Assembly: GCF_006345805.1 (NCBI RefSeq)
Contig: NC_043009.1
Coordinates: 38,254,001 to 38,318,000, forward strand
From: Octopus sinensis
Lineage: Eukaryota
Reading direction: 5' to 3'
Length of the DNA stretch: 64,000 nucleotides
The position numbers and the translations under genes were made by a program. The first letter of the stretch is position 1. Each line of letters opens with the position of its first letter. This document shows positions 26,575 through 39,820 of the stretch, one piece after another. The notes beneath the pieces are model-generated. The model searched no databases and was not told the DNA's origin. It was given only the letters and a program-made list of their open reading frames with translations.

Positions 26575-27302
26575 CATAAGTATTAATGAAATATATTTTA
26601 CTTTCTAAATTCCGATGTTCGAAGGAATAATCTTGCTGAGATAGTAACAGATTTCTTCGTTTGGAACTATTTATTAAAAGTGTTATGATAGATTATGATA
26701 TTACAGATCGTAGATTATAATAGCAGAGATGAAGTAAGATTTTAATAATATTTGCACTTAATATAATAGCGCAGTATTTCAATGATATCTTATAGTCTTG
26801 TTTTAATGACTATCAAAGTTTGTAATAATGTCTAATTGCCTTGTACAGACATCGCAATGTGCAAATATTTATGTATTTAATATAATTTCCAAGCAGTTCG
26901 ACTGCAGGCGATAAACGCAGGTGTAAGTTTATTAGAAATATCGAAAACTAATAAGTTTTCAAGTTGTAAATGTTTCCAAGTTGCCTTTAATTCAGATGAA
27001 AACAAAACGTAATATTTAACACTCATTCTTCTGTTGAATTCTTGGAATTTTTGTTAATTTCAAAGGAAAATTTTTCAGAATGTTAACAAAACATTTCGTC
27101 ATTTAACTAAATATTTTGTTTATTGTAAATATTTATTTATTTAATGCAGTTTTCTTTTGCATGAAGTTTCCGATTAAAAATATCTTTAAACAGCAATTTA
27201 AAAAAATTATTTTCATTTCTAAAGAATATTTAGAATAATGGCGAAATAAAGCGAAATTTACATTTTATTCATAATTTATTCATTTATTCTTTTATTACTG
27301 GT

Positions 27303-27555
27303 TTCAGTCATTGGAGTGTGATCTTGGCTTCACGTTACACAGTGTCCATACCTTCAAGTCATTAGACTGTGATTAAACGTTCAAGTCGTTAGACTGTGAC
27401 CATGCCTTCAAGTCTTAGACTGTGATCATATTTTCAAGTCATTAGACCATGACCAGGTCTGTAAGTCATTACATTGTGACCATACCCTAAACGCATTGGA
27501 CTGTGTCTATGGCTTCACGTCGTTAGGTTGTAACTATACCTTCAAGGCATTCGAT
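27303..27555. repeat. 27-bp degenerate minisatellite (~9.5 units)
   Basis: Units ttcaagtcattagactgtgaccatgcc start at 27353, 27380, 27407, 27433, 27460, 27487, 27514 and 27541. Confidence 0.85.
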
Positions 27556-27832
27556 CAATGGTTCTCAACCGGGGTTCATATGGCCCCTGAGGTTCCATAT
27601 AACATTTTTGGAGTGGAAGGGGATCCACATAAGAAATATAATAAATTGGGTCCACAGTATTATTTTAAGGGTTCATGAAAATTTCGCTTTAAACGTATTT
27701 AATGCAAGAAACAACTTGCTTCCTTTCTCTAATGATTTATATAGTTCAACCTACACAAGTGAATGTGTGACAAACAAAATATCTATAAAACTAGTTCTAT
27801 AAATATAAAAAAAAAATGGTTGGGAACCACTG
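27556..27832. mobile_element. hAT/Charlie-type MITE (~277 bp)
   Basis: TIRs caatggttctcaacc / ggttgggaaccactg; no clear 8-bp TSD. Confidence 0.7.
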
Positions 27833-27896
27833 CGTTAGTGTTGTTACTTTCAGATTGTAAATGCACTGCGCCACTGATATTTGTTTTCTCAAGAAC

Positions 27897-28128
27897 GGCG
27901 GCGAGCTGGCAGAATCGTTAGCACGCCGGGCAAAAATCCCTAGCGGTATTTCGTCTAGCGTTACCCTCTGAGTTCAAATTCCGCCGAAATCGACTTTGCC
28001 TTTCATCCATTCGAGGTCGATTAAATAAGAACCAGTTACGCACTGGGGTCGATGTAATCGGCTGAAGCCCTTTGTCTGTCCTTGTTTGTCCCCTCTATGT
28101 TTAGCCCCCTGTGGGCAATAAAGAAATA
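27897..28128 (+). mobile_element. Full-length SINE A with perfect 19-bp TSD
   Basis: gatatttgttttctcaaga at 27876-27894 and 28129-28147. Confidence 0.92.
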
Positions 28129-29836
28129 GATATTTGTTTTCTCAAGATCGGAAGGATAATAAAAGAAAGAAAGACATCGGTATAGAACTCAGAAAGTAGT
28201 GTGACGTAACAAACCACACAAAAGTGCTCTGTCCAACGCCCCATCGATTTTTCAACACTCACCTTTCGTATATTTCATGTTAATAATGTACCAAAAAAAA
28301 TGTTAAAAAATAATAATCGAATCATCAATTTCTATTACTGTAGCATAATTATAATATTGTATCATATATTTTACATTAAGCAATTTCATATTGATACTTA
28401 AATTCCAGTTTGTGAAATAATAAAATAGTCATTATGTAAAATATAATGCATTTAGAAGTTGTTTAATAATAATTTTATGAGAATGGTTTATGATTTTGTT
28501 ATCCCCAGGACAATTTCCTTTCACTATGTACAAAATCATTCAGTACTGGGAGTAAAGATAGAATTTCATTGCAAATTCATTTTATCTCCAGTTCTTTTTT
28601 TTATTTTCCTTAGATTTTGGAAAAATATAAACCAAACAAATTTAAAAACAAAAGGAATAAGAAGCAAAATTAAAATAACCTCAATAAAACGTACGATTTT
28701 ATCAGAAGAGAATGTAATTGATTTACATTTAAAAGGTGTTCTGTAGTTTTTTGTGGTTCTCTCGTTTGCATTAGATAATACGGCTGAGGCCATGTGGGAG
28801 CACCATCTTCTATGTATTCACACTTTCGTGACCTCACTCTCCTCTCTATTATCTCAGTGTTAAATGAACGACAAGCGGTAAAGCATGCTATAATGTCTTT
28901 GTTCTGTAGTTTTACTGTGATTATAACTTTATTAGTCTTAACTAATATGTATGACAGAAGAGCTGAGATATTATTCAAAATTTGTCGTTTTATAAAACAT
29001 TGATAATCATTTATTTGACTCGGTGTCATGACTTGATAATTCAAACATACAGAATATCTTGCAATATGATCTCTGATTTCCTACTATCTGAGTACAAATT
29101 CCGCTTATGTCAAACTTCGCCTGCAATCCTTTCGGGATCGTTAAAAATAAAACAAAAACAAAAAAAAAGAGTACCTATCCAGAAGAATGGAGTGACTGAA
29201 CTCCAAGAAAGCCGGGCTGCATGCTTTGCCGCATGCATTTTGACTTTTTTTACTTTCCGAGTTCAAATCCCGACATGGCCTTCTTAGATGGTAGATTTAA
29301 TCCGTTGCTCGGTTTAACGCGACTACCTAGTAGTATCTTTGAAGCGCCTTTAACAGACTCCACTTTGTTGCAAGCATTCGGACAAGGTAGCCTGTTTGAG
29401 GATAACTCCCTTAGTATGTCCCTGCCTAACTAGTCTTTGGAGGCCCTTGAAAGGGTCATGGGCACTCCCAGCCTTCATGACTAAAATATTTTAACAAACA
29501 GTTTCACTGGGTTCAGGTTTTTCCACAAATGACCTATCGATCGAAAAATGTTGTTGGTAAATAGTTATGACGCAGTAGGCACAGGTTTGGTTGTGTGGTT
29601 AAGAAACTCGTTTTGAAATCACATGGTTTCTGTTATAGTGACACTGCACGACAGGTGGGGAAAGTGTCTTCAATTGTAGCCCCAGGACATCTAATGCATT
29701 TTGAGTGAATTTTATAGACGGCAACTGTGTGAAAGCCCGTCGCCTTTATATATATATAAATATATATATAATTTTTTTTTCGTAATGAGATCAAAAACCA
29801 AGGCTGAGTAGATTTTACAACATCTATAGATAGAAT

Positions 29837-29884
29837 CTCTTACAGCTGTTTCCAGGATAATTACTATATCCCTTCGTCGGAGAC
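29837..29884 (-). ncRNA. Hammerhead-like motif, U4C variant, independent sequence family
   Basis: Minus: tct-CCGACGA-a-gggata-tagtaat-tatcct-g-GAAA-cagctg-TA-aga. Palindromic stem III, GUA triplet; sits after the (TA)n of a SINE C head (29578-29742). Confidence 0.55.
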
Positions 29885-30180
29885 GGTGTGAGAGGATAGT
29901 TAAGTAATAGTTAATTTAGATATGATACAAGATAGAGAGTGAAGTGAAGGAAAGAAAATAGATGTGAGATATGTAGAGATATTGAATTTGTAGATCCATT
30001 TTTTAGGCAAAATGGTATACATGTAAGATTCCAATACTTTAAATACTTTCACCGAACTTGGAACTTAACTATGGTCTATCTATAGCACTTATTCAGCATT
30101 ACCTGACACCTTTGGGTCTGAATGACACCATTACCTCTCATAACCTATATATATATATATAATATATATATATATATCAT

Positions 30181-30301
30181 GGAGGCGCAATGGCCCAGTG
30201 TTTAGGGCAGCATCATTTGAAGGCTAAAACAATGCGAAGCACATTGTGACCAGCGATGTGTAGCAACATCTGATCGCCTGGTCGGTCACGTGATCACGTG
30301 A
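30181..30301 (+). mobile_element. Chimeric SINE: family B head joined to family D 3' tail
   Basis: ggaggcgcaatggcccagtgtttagggcagc followed directly by ...ggctaaaacaatgc...ggtcacgtgatcacgtga, the reverse complement of the 60020 tail. Confidence 0.7.
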
Positions 30302-30340
30302 TATATATATCTACATACATCACATATATATATACGTATG

Positions 30341-30380
<40 letters not shown>

Positions 30381-30384
30381 TATA

Positions 30385-30423
<39 letters not shown>

Positions 30424-31356
30424 ACGTCTGTGTCTGTCTCCACTTTACACTACTTGACAATCGGTGTTAGTTTGTTTATATTTTGGTAACCTAGCAGTGC
30501 AACATAGAAGAACGATCGAATAAGTGCCAGACTTAAGAAAAATAAGTATCGGGGTCAATTTGTTCGACTAAACCCTTTAAGGTGGTGCCCCAGCACGGCT
30601 ACAGTCTAATGCCTGAAACAGATAAAAGATAAAAGACACAAGGTATTAAAAAAATGATACAGTAAAGAAAGAACCGTTGCAGAGATTTCTGAGATTATGT
30701 TAAATAAATTTGAACCCAAGTCATATTAAAATGATTCTATGTCTAACATTTTGAAGCAGTATTATTAATAAGATGCGATAGAAAATATTTTGTTTATGTC
30801 ACACATAAACATGAAAGATATTTCTTAAGATTTCTTTATTTTGCTTAGAATTGGAAAAAATAAGAGTTTATCCTATCTAGATTAAGCTCATTACGTATGA
30901 GGTCGTTTGAATAGTATAGAGAAATAACTAAAAAAAAATTCGTAGTTTATTATGTTTATTATACTGTATATTTTGTTTATAATACCGTTTCTAAGCAAAT
31001 AAAACGACGCGGATTTATTCTCTAAAGATTACTACTACAGATCAGTAAAGAGATACAAATTCAAATATAATTCTGGTTGTTATAAATGCTTAGCGAAGGT
31101 AAAAAGTAACGAATTGTCTCTACTGGGGAAAGGAAAGAAACGAAAAAGAAAATATTGGTAAGGAATTATAAAGCTGCTGTTTGTAGAAATAGTTATTTAC
31201 AGAATAGTTAAAAGTATACCAATCATGTTGCGAAGTTTTCTGTTTATTTTCTGTTTATTCTCAGAAAACTGGTTGGTGCCTGTAAGTAAAGTGTGAAGAA
31301 CTCGTTTCCAATATGAAACTAACCATAGCAACACCGACTTCTTAACACACCACACA

Positions 31357-31394
<38 letters not shown>

Positions 31395-31947
31395 TCATTC
31401 TTTTATCCCTGTTTCAATCGCTGGACTGCGACCATTTGGGACATCATCTTGAAGGCTGTAGTCCTTCGGTTCTCAACCATTTATAGACCCCCATCTATAG
31501 ACCCCATAAATTACTATTCATTTCTGGTGGACCCCCGTAGCCATTCGATGTTTAAAAACTAGTTTTATATATAAACTTCTTTCACTAATCCCTATTTCGT
31601 TTTCCACACATTAACTTATGTAGATTGAACTATGTAAAATGTTAGAGAAACAGACCTAGCTGTTTCTTGAAATACATACCAATACATACATCAAAAGCAA
31701 CATATTTTCAAAGGCCTCCAATTCACTATTTTGCTGTGGTCCCTATTTTGTTGCGAGGACACCTAAAAATCTTACATGGACTCTCAAGGCCCTAGGACTG
31801 TGACACACGACGTTGAGAAAATACTGACACCCCGTAGTCTAATATATCCACCCCCAGTACTTCTTTTCACCCCGTTTCAAACCCGGTATTTAACCCATCG
31901 GTCTTTTTTTTGCCACAACGCTCTATTCTACGTACTATGTCACCCTT

Positions 31948-32638
31948 TTCAAGCCAAGTCAGGTTCATGGGCCCGGTTTCCCGGTTTCTGGACCGTATGT
32001 GTTCCCTCCAGCTGGACAGGACGCCAGTCCATCGCAGCGTTACTCAAGAAATAGGAAGAGAGAGTGAGAGAAAGTTGTGGCGAAAGAGTACAACAGGGGT
32101 CGCCACCTGTATATATGTATGCATGTATTAATCATTTATCTTTTACTTCTTTCAGTCACTAAACCGCGACCATGCTGGGGCACCGCCCTGAATGAGAAAC
32201 GAATCGATTCTAGTACTATTTTGGGAGCCTGGCACTTGTTCTGTCATTCTCGAATTACCGAACTGTTAAGTTACGTGGGCGTAAAGAAACGAACATCGAT
32301 TGTTAATCAGTGGTGGGAGACAAACATAAACACACACACACATATACACAAAGAGACACACACCCACATCCGCCGAACTACGCACACACTAACCCACAAA
32401 GACACACGCACAATGACACATTTTTTTTTTTTTTTTTTTTTGTACTTGTTTTCAGTCATTTGACTGCGGCCATGCTGGAGCAACCGCCTTTGATACAGCA
32501 GGGATCACCACCTCCTGCCGGAGCCTCGTGGAGCTTTTAGGTGTTTTTCGCTCATAAACACACACACGCCCGGTCTGGGAATCGAACCGCGATCCTCCGC
32601 CGCAAGTCCGCTGCCCTAACCACTAGGCCATTGCCCTC

Positions 32639-32639
<1 letters not shown>
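31948..32639 (-). mobile_element. SINE B split by a ~390-bp insertion of SINE C 3' segments
   Basis: 3' half 31948-32107, 5' half 32499-32639; caggggtcgccacc / cagggatcaccacc duplicated at the breakpoints. Confidence 0.8.
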
Positions 32640-32671
<32 letters not shown>

Positions 32672-33994
32672 ACACATAAACACAGTCACACAGAAATACG
32701 CACATATTGCATATGGTAAGTTGGTTTTCCAAAGTAATATAATAAGTTATTGCTTTTAGACCACCCTGTATTTTATAGGGCAGGAACGCACGGACTAGCA
32801 TATAATAAAGAGTGTAGTGCATATTTATTATTTCCATTACAAGAAGCACCAGAACAAAGTAGGTAGCGAAAAAGTAGGAAAGATAGAGAAGTGAGAAGCA
32901 ACTAAAGAACGCATGCGCACTTGTGAGACAGAAAGAAAAGGACAGAGACAGAGAGACTGAAAAAGAGAGAGAGAGAGAAAGAGAGGATAGTAAGACCTAA
33001 CGAATTCTTCTCTTAAGATGGAAATTGACAGTTTGTCATTTTATATTGTTCGAAAATTAAATATTACTTTTAAAGTTCTTCCGAATGTAAAAATACTAAA
33101 GTGATTAGTCAAAAGGAGTGGTTTACAGTTAAAAAGAACACCAAAACCCCCTCATTTCTTCTTTCGTTCGGCGTCAGCTTTGGCTTGTGTTCCCTGTTTT
33201 CTCCTTCTCTCCATCTATAACTGTTGTACTTTTTTTTCCTTTGCTGTCTCTTTTATTCTCTCTCATTCATTCTCTTCATTCTAGAAGACACCACACGGTT
33301 CCAGGTTCAGTCTTTCTGCGTAGCACCTTAGGTAAGTGTCTTCTTCTATAGCCTCGGGCCAACAAAGCCTTGAGAGTAGATTTGGTACACGAAAACTGAA
33401 AAGAAGCCATCGTAATATATATATATATATATATATATAGATATATATATATATATAGATAGTATATATATATATATATGTATATATGCTTTACTGTTTC
33501 AGTCACTTCACTGCGCCATGGTGGAGCACTGCCTTTAGTCGAATAAATCGACCCAAAGACTTATTCCTTGTAAGCCTAGTATTTTGTAAACCTAGTACTA
33601 TTTTATGGTTAAGATACGGGGACGTAAACACACCAGCATCAGTTGTCAAGTGATGGTAGAGGAACAAAGTACACATGCATGCACACACACATATATACGA
33701 CGGGTTTCTTTCAGTTTCCGTCTACCAAATCCACTCACAAAGTTTTGGTCGGCCCGAGGCTATAGTAGAAGACACTTGCCCGAGGTGCCTCAAGGGGTGA
33801 GAAGGCTGAGATTATATCTATGTGTACTGGTGATTACATAGGAACTTAAAACAATTAGTGAAAACACGGTACATATTACCAGGTCATATAAGGTATAGTA
33901 TGGTATATACTGTGTACATGGAATGAGGGAAATAAGAGACGGGTAGTTGGACAAGTGTGGCTGCAACGGGTAGAAAACATTTCGACAAATGTAA

Positions 33995-34195
33995 GGCGCA
34001 GGAGTGGCTGCGTGGTAAGTAGCTTGCTAACCAACCACATGGTTCCGGGTTCAGTCCCACTGCGTGGCATCTTGGGCAAGTATCTTCTGCAATAGACCCG
34101 GGCCGACCAATGCCTTGTGAGTGGATTTGGTAGACGGAAACTGAAAGAAGCCTGTCGTATGTATGTATATATATATATATATATAATATATGGGG

Positions 34196-34228
<33 letters not shown>

Positions 34229-34453
34229 GTGTGTGGTGTGTTTTGTGTGTGTGTTTGTCCCCCTAGCATTGCTGGACAACCGATGCTGGTGTGTTTACGT
34301 CCCCATCATTTAGCGGTTCGGCAAAAGAGATCCGATAGAATAAGTACTAAGCTTACAAAGAATAAGACCTGGGGTCGATTTGCTCGATTTAAAGGCGGTG
34401 CTCCAGCATGGCCGCAGTCAAATGACTGAAACAAGTAAAAGAGTAAAAGAGTA
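33995..34453 (+). mobile_element. Full-length SINE C (tRNA head, CORE-like block, internal microsatellite, GAGTAAAA tail)
   Basis: ggcgcaggagtggctgcgtggtaag...cttgggcaagtatctt...aagtaaaagagtaaaagag. Confidence 0.92.
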
Positions 34454-34605
34454 CACAAAAATAAATAAAAATAAAAGTCATGTACGCCGACAAAGAAAGG
34501 AACAGAAGCAGAGTGATGTTTGAGATGAACCCTTTATTAAAGTAGAGGAAGAGGCACGATTACAAGGAAACAAGGAAAGAAAGGATACCTATTTGAAGCA
34601 TGTAT

Positions 34606-34815
34606 TACTCTTTACTCTTTTACTCTTTTACTTGTTTCAGTCATTTGACTGCGGTCATGCTGGAGCACCGCCTTTAGTCGAGCAAATCGACCCCGGGACT
34701 TATTCTTTGTAAGCCCAGTACTTATTTTTTCGGTCTCTTTTGCCGAACCGCTAAGTTACGAGGACGTAAACACACCAGCATCGGTTGTCAAGCAATGCTA
34801 GGTGGACAAACACAG

Positions 34816-34846
<31 letters not shown>

Positions 34847-35021
34847 CATACATATATACGACAGGCTTCTTTCAGTTTCCGTCTACCAAATCCACTCACA
34901 AGGCATTGGTCGGCCCGGGGCTATAGCAGAAGACACTTGCCCAAGATGCCACGCAGTGGGACTGAACCCGGAACCATGTGGTTGGTTAGCAAGCTACTTA
35001 CCACGCAGCCACTCCTGCGCC
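34606..35021 (-). mobile_element. Full-length SINE C, inverted relative to the 33995 copy
   Basis: Reverse complement of the same consensus. Confidence 0.92.
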
Positions 35022-35218
35022 TTTCTTTTATTCTTTTATTCGTTTAAGTCATTTGACTGCGGCCACGCTGGAACACCGCCTTTAGTTTAACAAGTCGACC
35101 CCAGGACTTATTCTTTGTAAGCCTAGTACTTATTCTGTCGGTCTCTTTTGCCGAACCGCTAGATTACGGGAACGTAAACACACCAGCATTGGTTGTCAAG
35201 CGATGTTGGGGCGGAAAA

Positions 35219-35270
<52 letters not shown>

Positions 35271-36244
35271 CACACACACACACACACACATACACAAACA
35301 AACATACACACAGACACACATATAGAAGTGGCTCTGTGGGAAAGAAAAAAAAGAGTGGTACCAACATTAGGCGACGACTACGACGATAACGACGATGATA
35401 AACATCATCATGACGACAATGATGATGATGTTGATGCTTCTGCTCTTGTTGCTGATAATAATGATAAATAGACTGGAATAACTTGAAATGAAGGACCTGA
35501 TGGAGGACACAATGCATCGCCTAGTCTAGGAATCGAACCGACGATTTTACGATCGCCAACACAACATCCTTACTACTTGGCAACATTGACTTTAGAACAT
35601 TTCAATTTCAATCCTTGATTTACACAACACAACGCTATTCAAAACTAAAGTTCTTTATTTCCATTTGTTCGCCACTCCTCCACCGTCACATCTCAACAAT
35701 AAATCAATCACGTATTTTTTAAATCATTTCCGTTATTAAACAAATACTGTAAATGTCTTGTAATATTCAAGGTAGACAAAATATGTTCAATATTTTCTCC
35801 CGGATGTTCAATAAAAAGTGTGAATTCTTGCAATAATATTCCGACAAAACATTTGACATATTTCAAAGCTGGAGCGAAATTTTCTCGCCAACAAAAAAAA
35901 AAAAAAAAAAAAAAAATTCGTCTCGAAATATTTATTTTTAAATGAAGTGTTATTATTGGTTGCTTCTTGTAAACGGAATGTTTCATTAAACGTAAGAAAA
36001 GGAAGTATTTAAGAATAAAATTTAACTATTCCATAACCTTTATATATTTCATCTTTCTTTTATTCTTTTATTTGTTTCAGTCATTTGACTGCGGCCATGC
36101 TGGAGCATTGCCTTTAGTCTAACTTATTCTTTGTAAACCTAGTACGTATTCTATCAGTCTTTTGCTTAACCGCTAAGTTGCGGGGAGGTAAACATACCAA
36201 CATCGGTTGTCAACAAATAGTGGGGTGATAAACACAGACACACA

Positions 36245-36311
<67 letters not shown>

Positions 36312-36430
36312 GTAATATATATATACATATAAAGTTAATCCAAACAAGAAAGCACAAAAAAAAACACAACGCGAGGACGTGGAACAAATATAGTATTATT
36401 GGACGCTCAGGAAAGAAGGAAAGAAGGAGG

Positions 36431-36465
36431 GTTTAACGTTTCGAGCGGAGCTCTTCGTCGGAAAC
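36431..36465 (-). ncRNA. Minimal hammerhead-like motif (U4C), best-preserved copy, in element 36331-36497
   Basis: gttt-CCGACGA-a-gagc-tcc-gctc-GAAA-cgt-t-aaac; palindromic ACGT at stem III. Confidence 0.5.
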
Positions 36466-36676
36466 ATAGGAGAAGGAAAGATCCAGAGAAGGGAAAATAT
36501 AATATGTGACAATTATTCGGATGTCGAAGCTGAAACCTGTTCCGGTGTCTCGTCAATTATCGAGGCAATCAAAAAATTACATTCCCTAATAATACTAGGT
36601 ATTGGACATCACTTGGATGCAACCATCCCTTTATGAGGTTAACATATCCTCTAAATACACACACACAAATATATTA

Positions 36677-36727
<51 letters not shown>

Positions 36728-37701
36728 CACACATATCGGTATGTCTATATGTGCGTATAAAATAAAAGGCAGAAAAGTGCAGATTTTACATACAGTTCAT
36801 AATCTGATTGTAATCAACAGCTGTTTCACTGGCAACAAACATTATCATATATATAATCATGTAATTGTGATACATATCTGATTCTGTATATGCATCCAAA
36901 ATTGTGTTTCCAGGATTAACTGCACATTAATAAGTCATTGAATTCAAACGATGTATTAATTGCTCTTTTAGCTACCACAAAATATTACGCATTTTATATC
37001 CCCCTCTCTCTGTATATAGTGTATGTATATTATATATATATATATATATATATTCTATATATATATATGCATATATATATATATCCAAAATTAATTTCGT
37101 GAGCGTTCTGTATCTAGTTCTGGAAATTGTGTTTTGTAAATAACAGACTATGCTGATGATCTTGCAGATCTTTGCGTGTCTATATACGTAAATATTAACA
37201 AGTGAAACGAATGGTAGAGAGGTAATCGTTTTTTATTTCGTATATTTTCATTTATCTTGCTTATTTTTACATTTTATTTTCTTTGCTGAGATTTTTTTGG
37301 GGAACACATTCTTCGTGGCAATGGTGATTTGACGTCTATGTTTTAGTGGTCAGTACTCTAAATTTTGTATGTAAAACAATTTTTAATCTTCGGATTTTTT
37401 AAAAATATGCTAAGCCACTGGTTTTAATTGATTAACATCAATTTCTACCCTTATTTAATTAATCAATTATATATATATTCGACGGATTTCCACACAGTTT
37501 CCATCTACGAAATTCACTCACAAGCCATTGGTCGACCCGACCCTATCGTAGAGGATTCATTTCTACGGTTCCGCACAGTAAGATCGAACTGGAAATTACG
37601 TGGTTGCGAAGTGTACTTCTTAACCACACAGTCATATCTGCATTTATTAGTCAAAAATTTTGTTTCATGAAATTGTTGAGACACACAAACCGGCTGACCG
37701 A

Positions 37702-37714
37702 TGACGTCACTTCC
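37702..37714 (-). promoter_or_regulatory. Overlapping ETS+CRE motif GGAAGTGACGTCA
   Basis: Plus strand tgacgtcacttcc in apparently non-repeat sequence. Confidence 0.35.
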
Positions 37715-37800
37715 TCACCTGCTTTCTTTAAATAATATAATCGGTCATATAATTATATTATAAAAGAAAAAAAAAATTATATAGTAATAATAATGAGGAT

Positions 37801-37900
<100 letters not shown>

Positions 37901-38609
37901 TAATAATAAAAGGAAATCAGTACCAAATTTTGTCCCTAATTATTTGGTCTTGACTGTGTGTTTAACACACGCACGTACACACACACACACACACACACAC
38001 AACACACACGCGCGCGCGCGCGCGCATGCAGCTTTGAACTCGTTGAATATATAATTAGCCAGTTACGATACAACAGCTTCCGCAGCTCAAATAATTATTG
38101 TTTTGCAATAATATTTGACTTGGCTGTCGCACTTTGTACTTTCCTCAATAATAATTTGTGTCCGTGTTTATTTAAGAAAAAAAGATTCGAAAGAAAACCT
38201 CAACAAATCTTAACAATGAAATAAAAGAGAAAAAAAAGAAAAAAGAAAACACGAAAAGAAAGTAAACAAAAACAAAAATAACAATGGAGAAACGTGGGGG
38301 TCTTTTATCTTGAAAGTCAGTTTATCTGGCCGATTGCTATTAGAGTGCATCGCCACCGTCGTCGTCGCCAAAGCCATCATGATCATGATCATCATCTTCG
38401 CCCCTGTCTGTCATCGTAGTCGTCATCCTCCTCTTCTGCTTCCTCATTATCAACTCATTATCATCGTCGTCATCACCACCATTACCACCACAATCATTAT
38501 CATTGTTGCCATCATCATCATCATCATCATCATCATCCTTCTCATGGTGTTTCTGGTGGTTCTCGTGGTCGTGGTCGCACTCATCATCATCATCATCCTC
38601 GTTGCTATT

Positions 38610-39070
38610 CTCCTCCTCTGTCTCCTCCTCCTCCTCCTTTCTCAACTCTCCTCCTCCACCTCTCCCACCTCTCCTCCTCCTCCTCCTCCTTTTCCACCTC
38701 TCCTCCTCCTCTTCCACCTCTCCTCCTCCTCTTCCACCTCTCCTCCTCCCTTTTCATTTCTCCTCCTCCTTTTCCACCTCTCTTCCTTTCCCACCTCTCC
38801 CCTCCTCCCTTTTCCTCTCTCCTCCTCCTATTCCACCTCTCCTCCTCCTATTCCACCTCTCCTCCTCCTCCCCCCTTCCTCCCCTCCCCTCCCCCCTCCT
38901 CCTTTTTCACCTCCCTTTCCCTTTCCACCTCTCCCCCGCCTCCTTCCCCCTCCCGCCTCCACCTTTACCTCCTTCTCCACCTTTACTTCTTCCTCAGTTT
39001 CTACCTCCATCTCCTCTTCTTCCACCTCCTAAACCTCTTCCTGCCCCTCCGCCCTGCCTCCTCCCACTAT
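38610..39070. repeat. Polypyrimidine/polypurine (CCT)n-rich tract with ccacctctcctcctcct units
   Basis: Almost entirely C/T on the plus strand, with sparse A. Confidence 0.9.
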
Positions 39071-39766
39071 CATCGTCGTCGTCATCCAACGGCCACCGCT
39101 ACCGTCACCGTTGTCGTCATAGCATCGTCATCCTCTTCGTCGTCGTCTTTGTCGTCGTTATCATCGTCGCTGACGTCACATCACCATCACCATTACTATC
39201 ACCATCACCCTCACTACCACCATCACCTAGCAGCAACAGCAGTAGTAGTGATAGTAGTAGTATTGGCGGTCACCAAATAAAACATTTTAATATTTATGAA
39301 TGACGTAGGTTACAGAATGCTTGAAATAATTTCTTCATGTCCGCAGGAATTGAAATTTTAGGTTCTACTTTTAGATTCTGTTTATCCTGCTGTGCACTAG
39401 CTACCAATTTTAGCCAAAATATACTTACTGAACTAACTACCTCGTTGTGATTTTAATATGCTAATCTGACCTATGATTCAAGGTCACATGGTTTCATATA
39501 ATAAGCGTACAGCCGTCTGTCAACCAGTTGAGACCTGATATTCTCTGATGGCTCGCTATTATTAGTTTAGAAGCCAGGAAACGAGACTTGCCCTGGTAAA
39601 AAAAAAAATCGAATTAACTTTAAGAGCTGTCAAAAGACAAGTTAAATACCTCTCAGAAGCCAAAAGAATAAAAGTAGCAAATAAACACGCCTTCATGCAT
39701 ATGTATAAACACTCACAACACAGACACACAGAGATTAATGTGTGTGTATGTATATATATATATATC

Positions 39767-39820
<54 letters not shown>

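Noticed and set aside
27303-27555. CRISPR-like periodicity (also 20530-21130)
   Set aside because: Contiguous degenerate units without unique spacers, no cas genes, eukaryotic context.
37140-37175. DYADDLA reverse-transcriptase-like motif
   Set aside because: Stop codon three codons upstream and no other RT motifs nearby.
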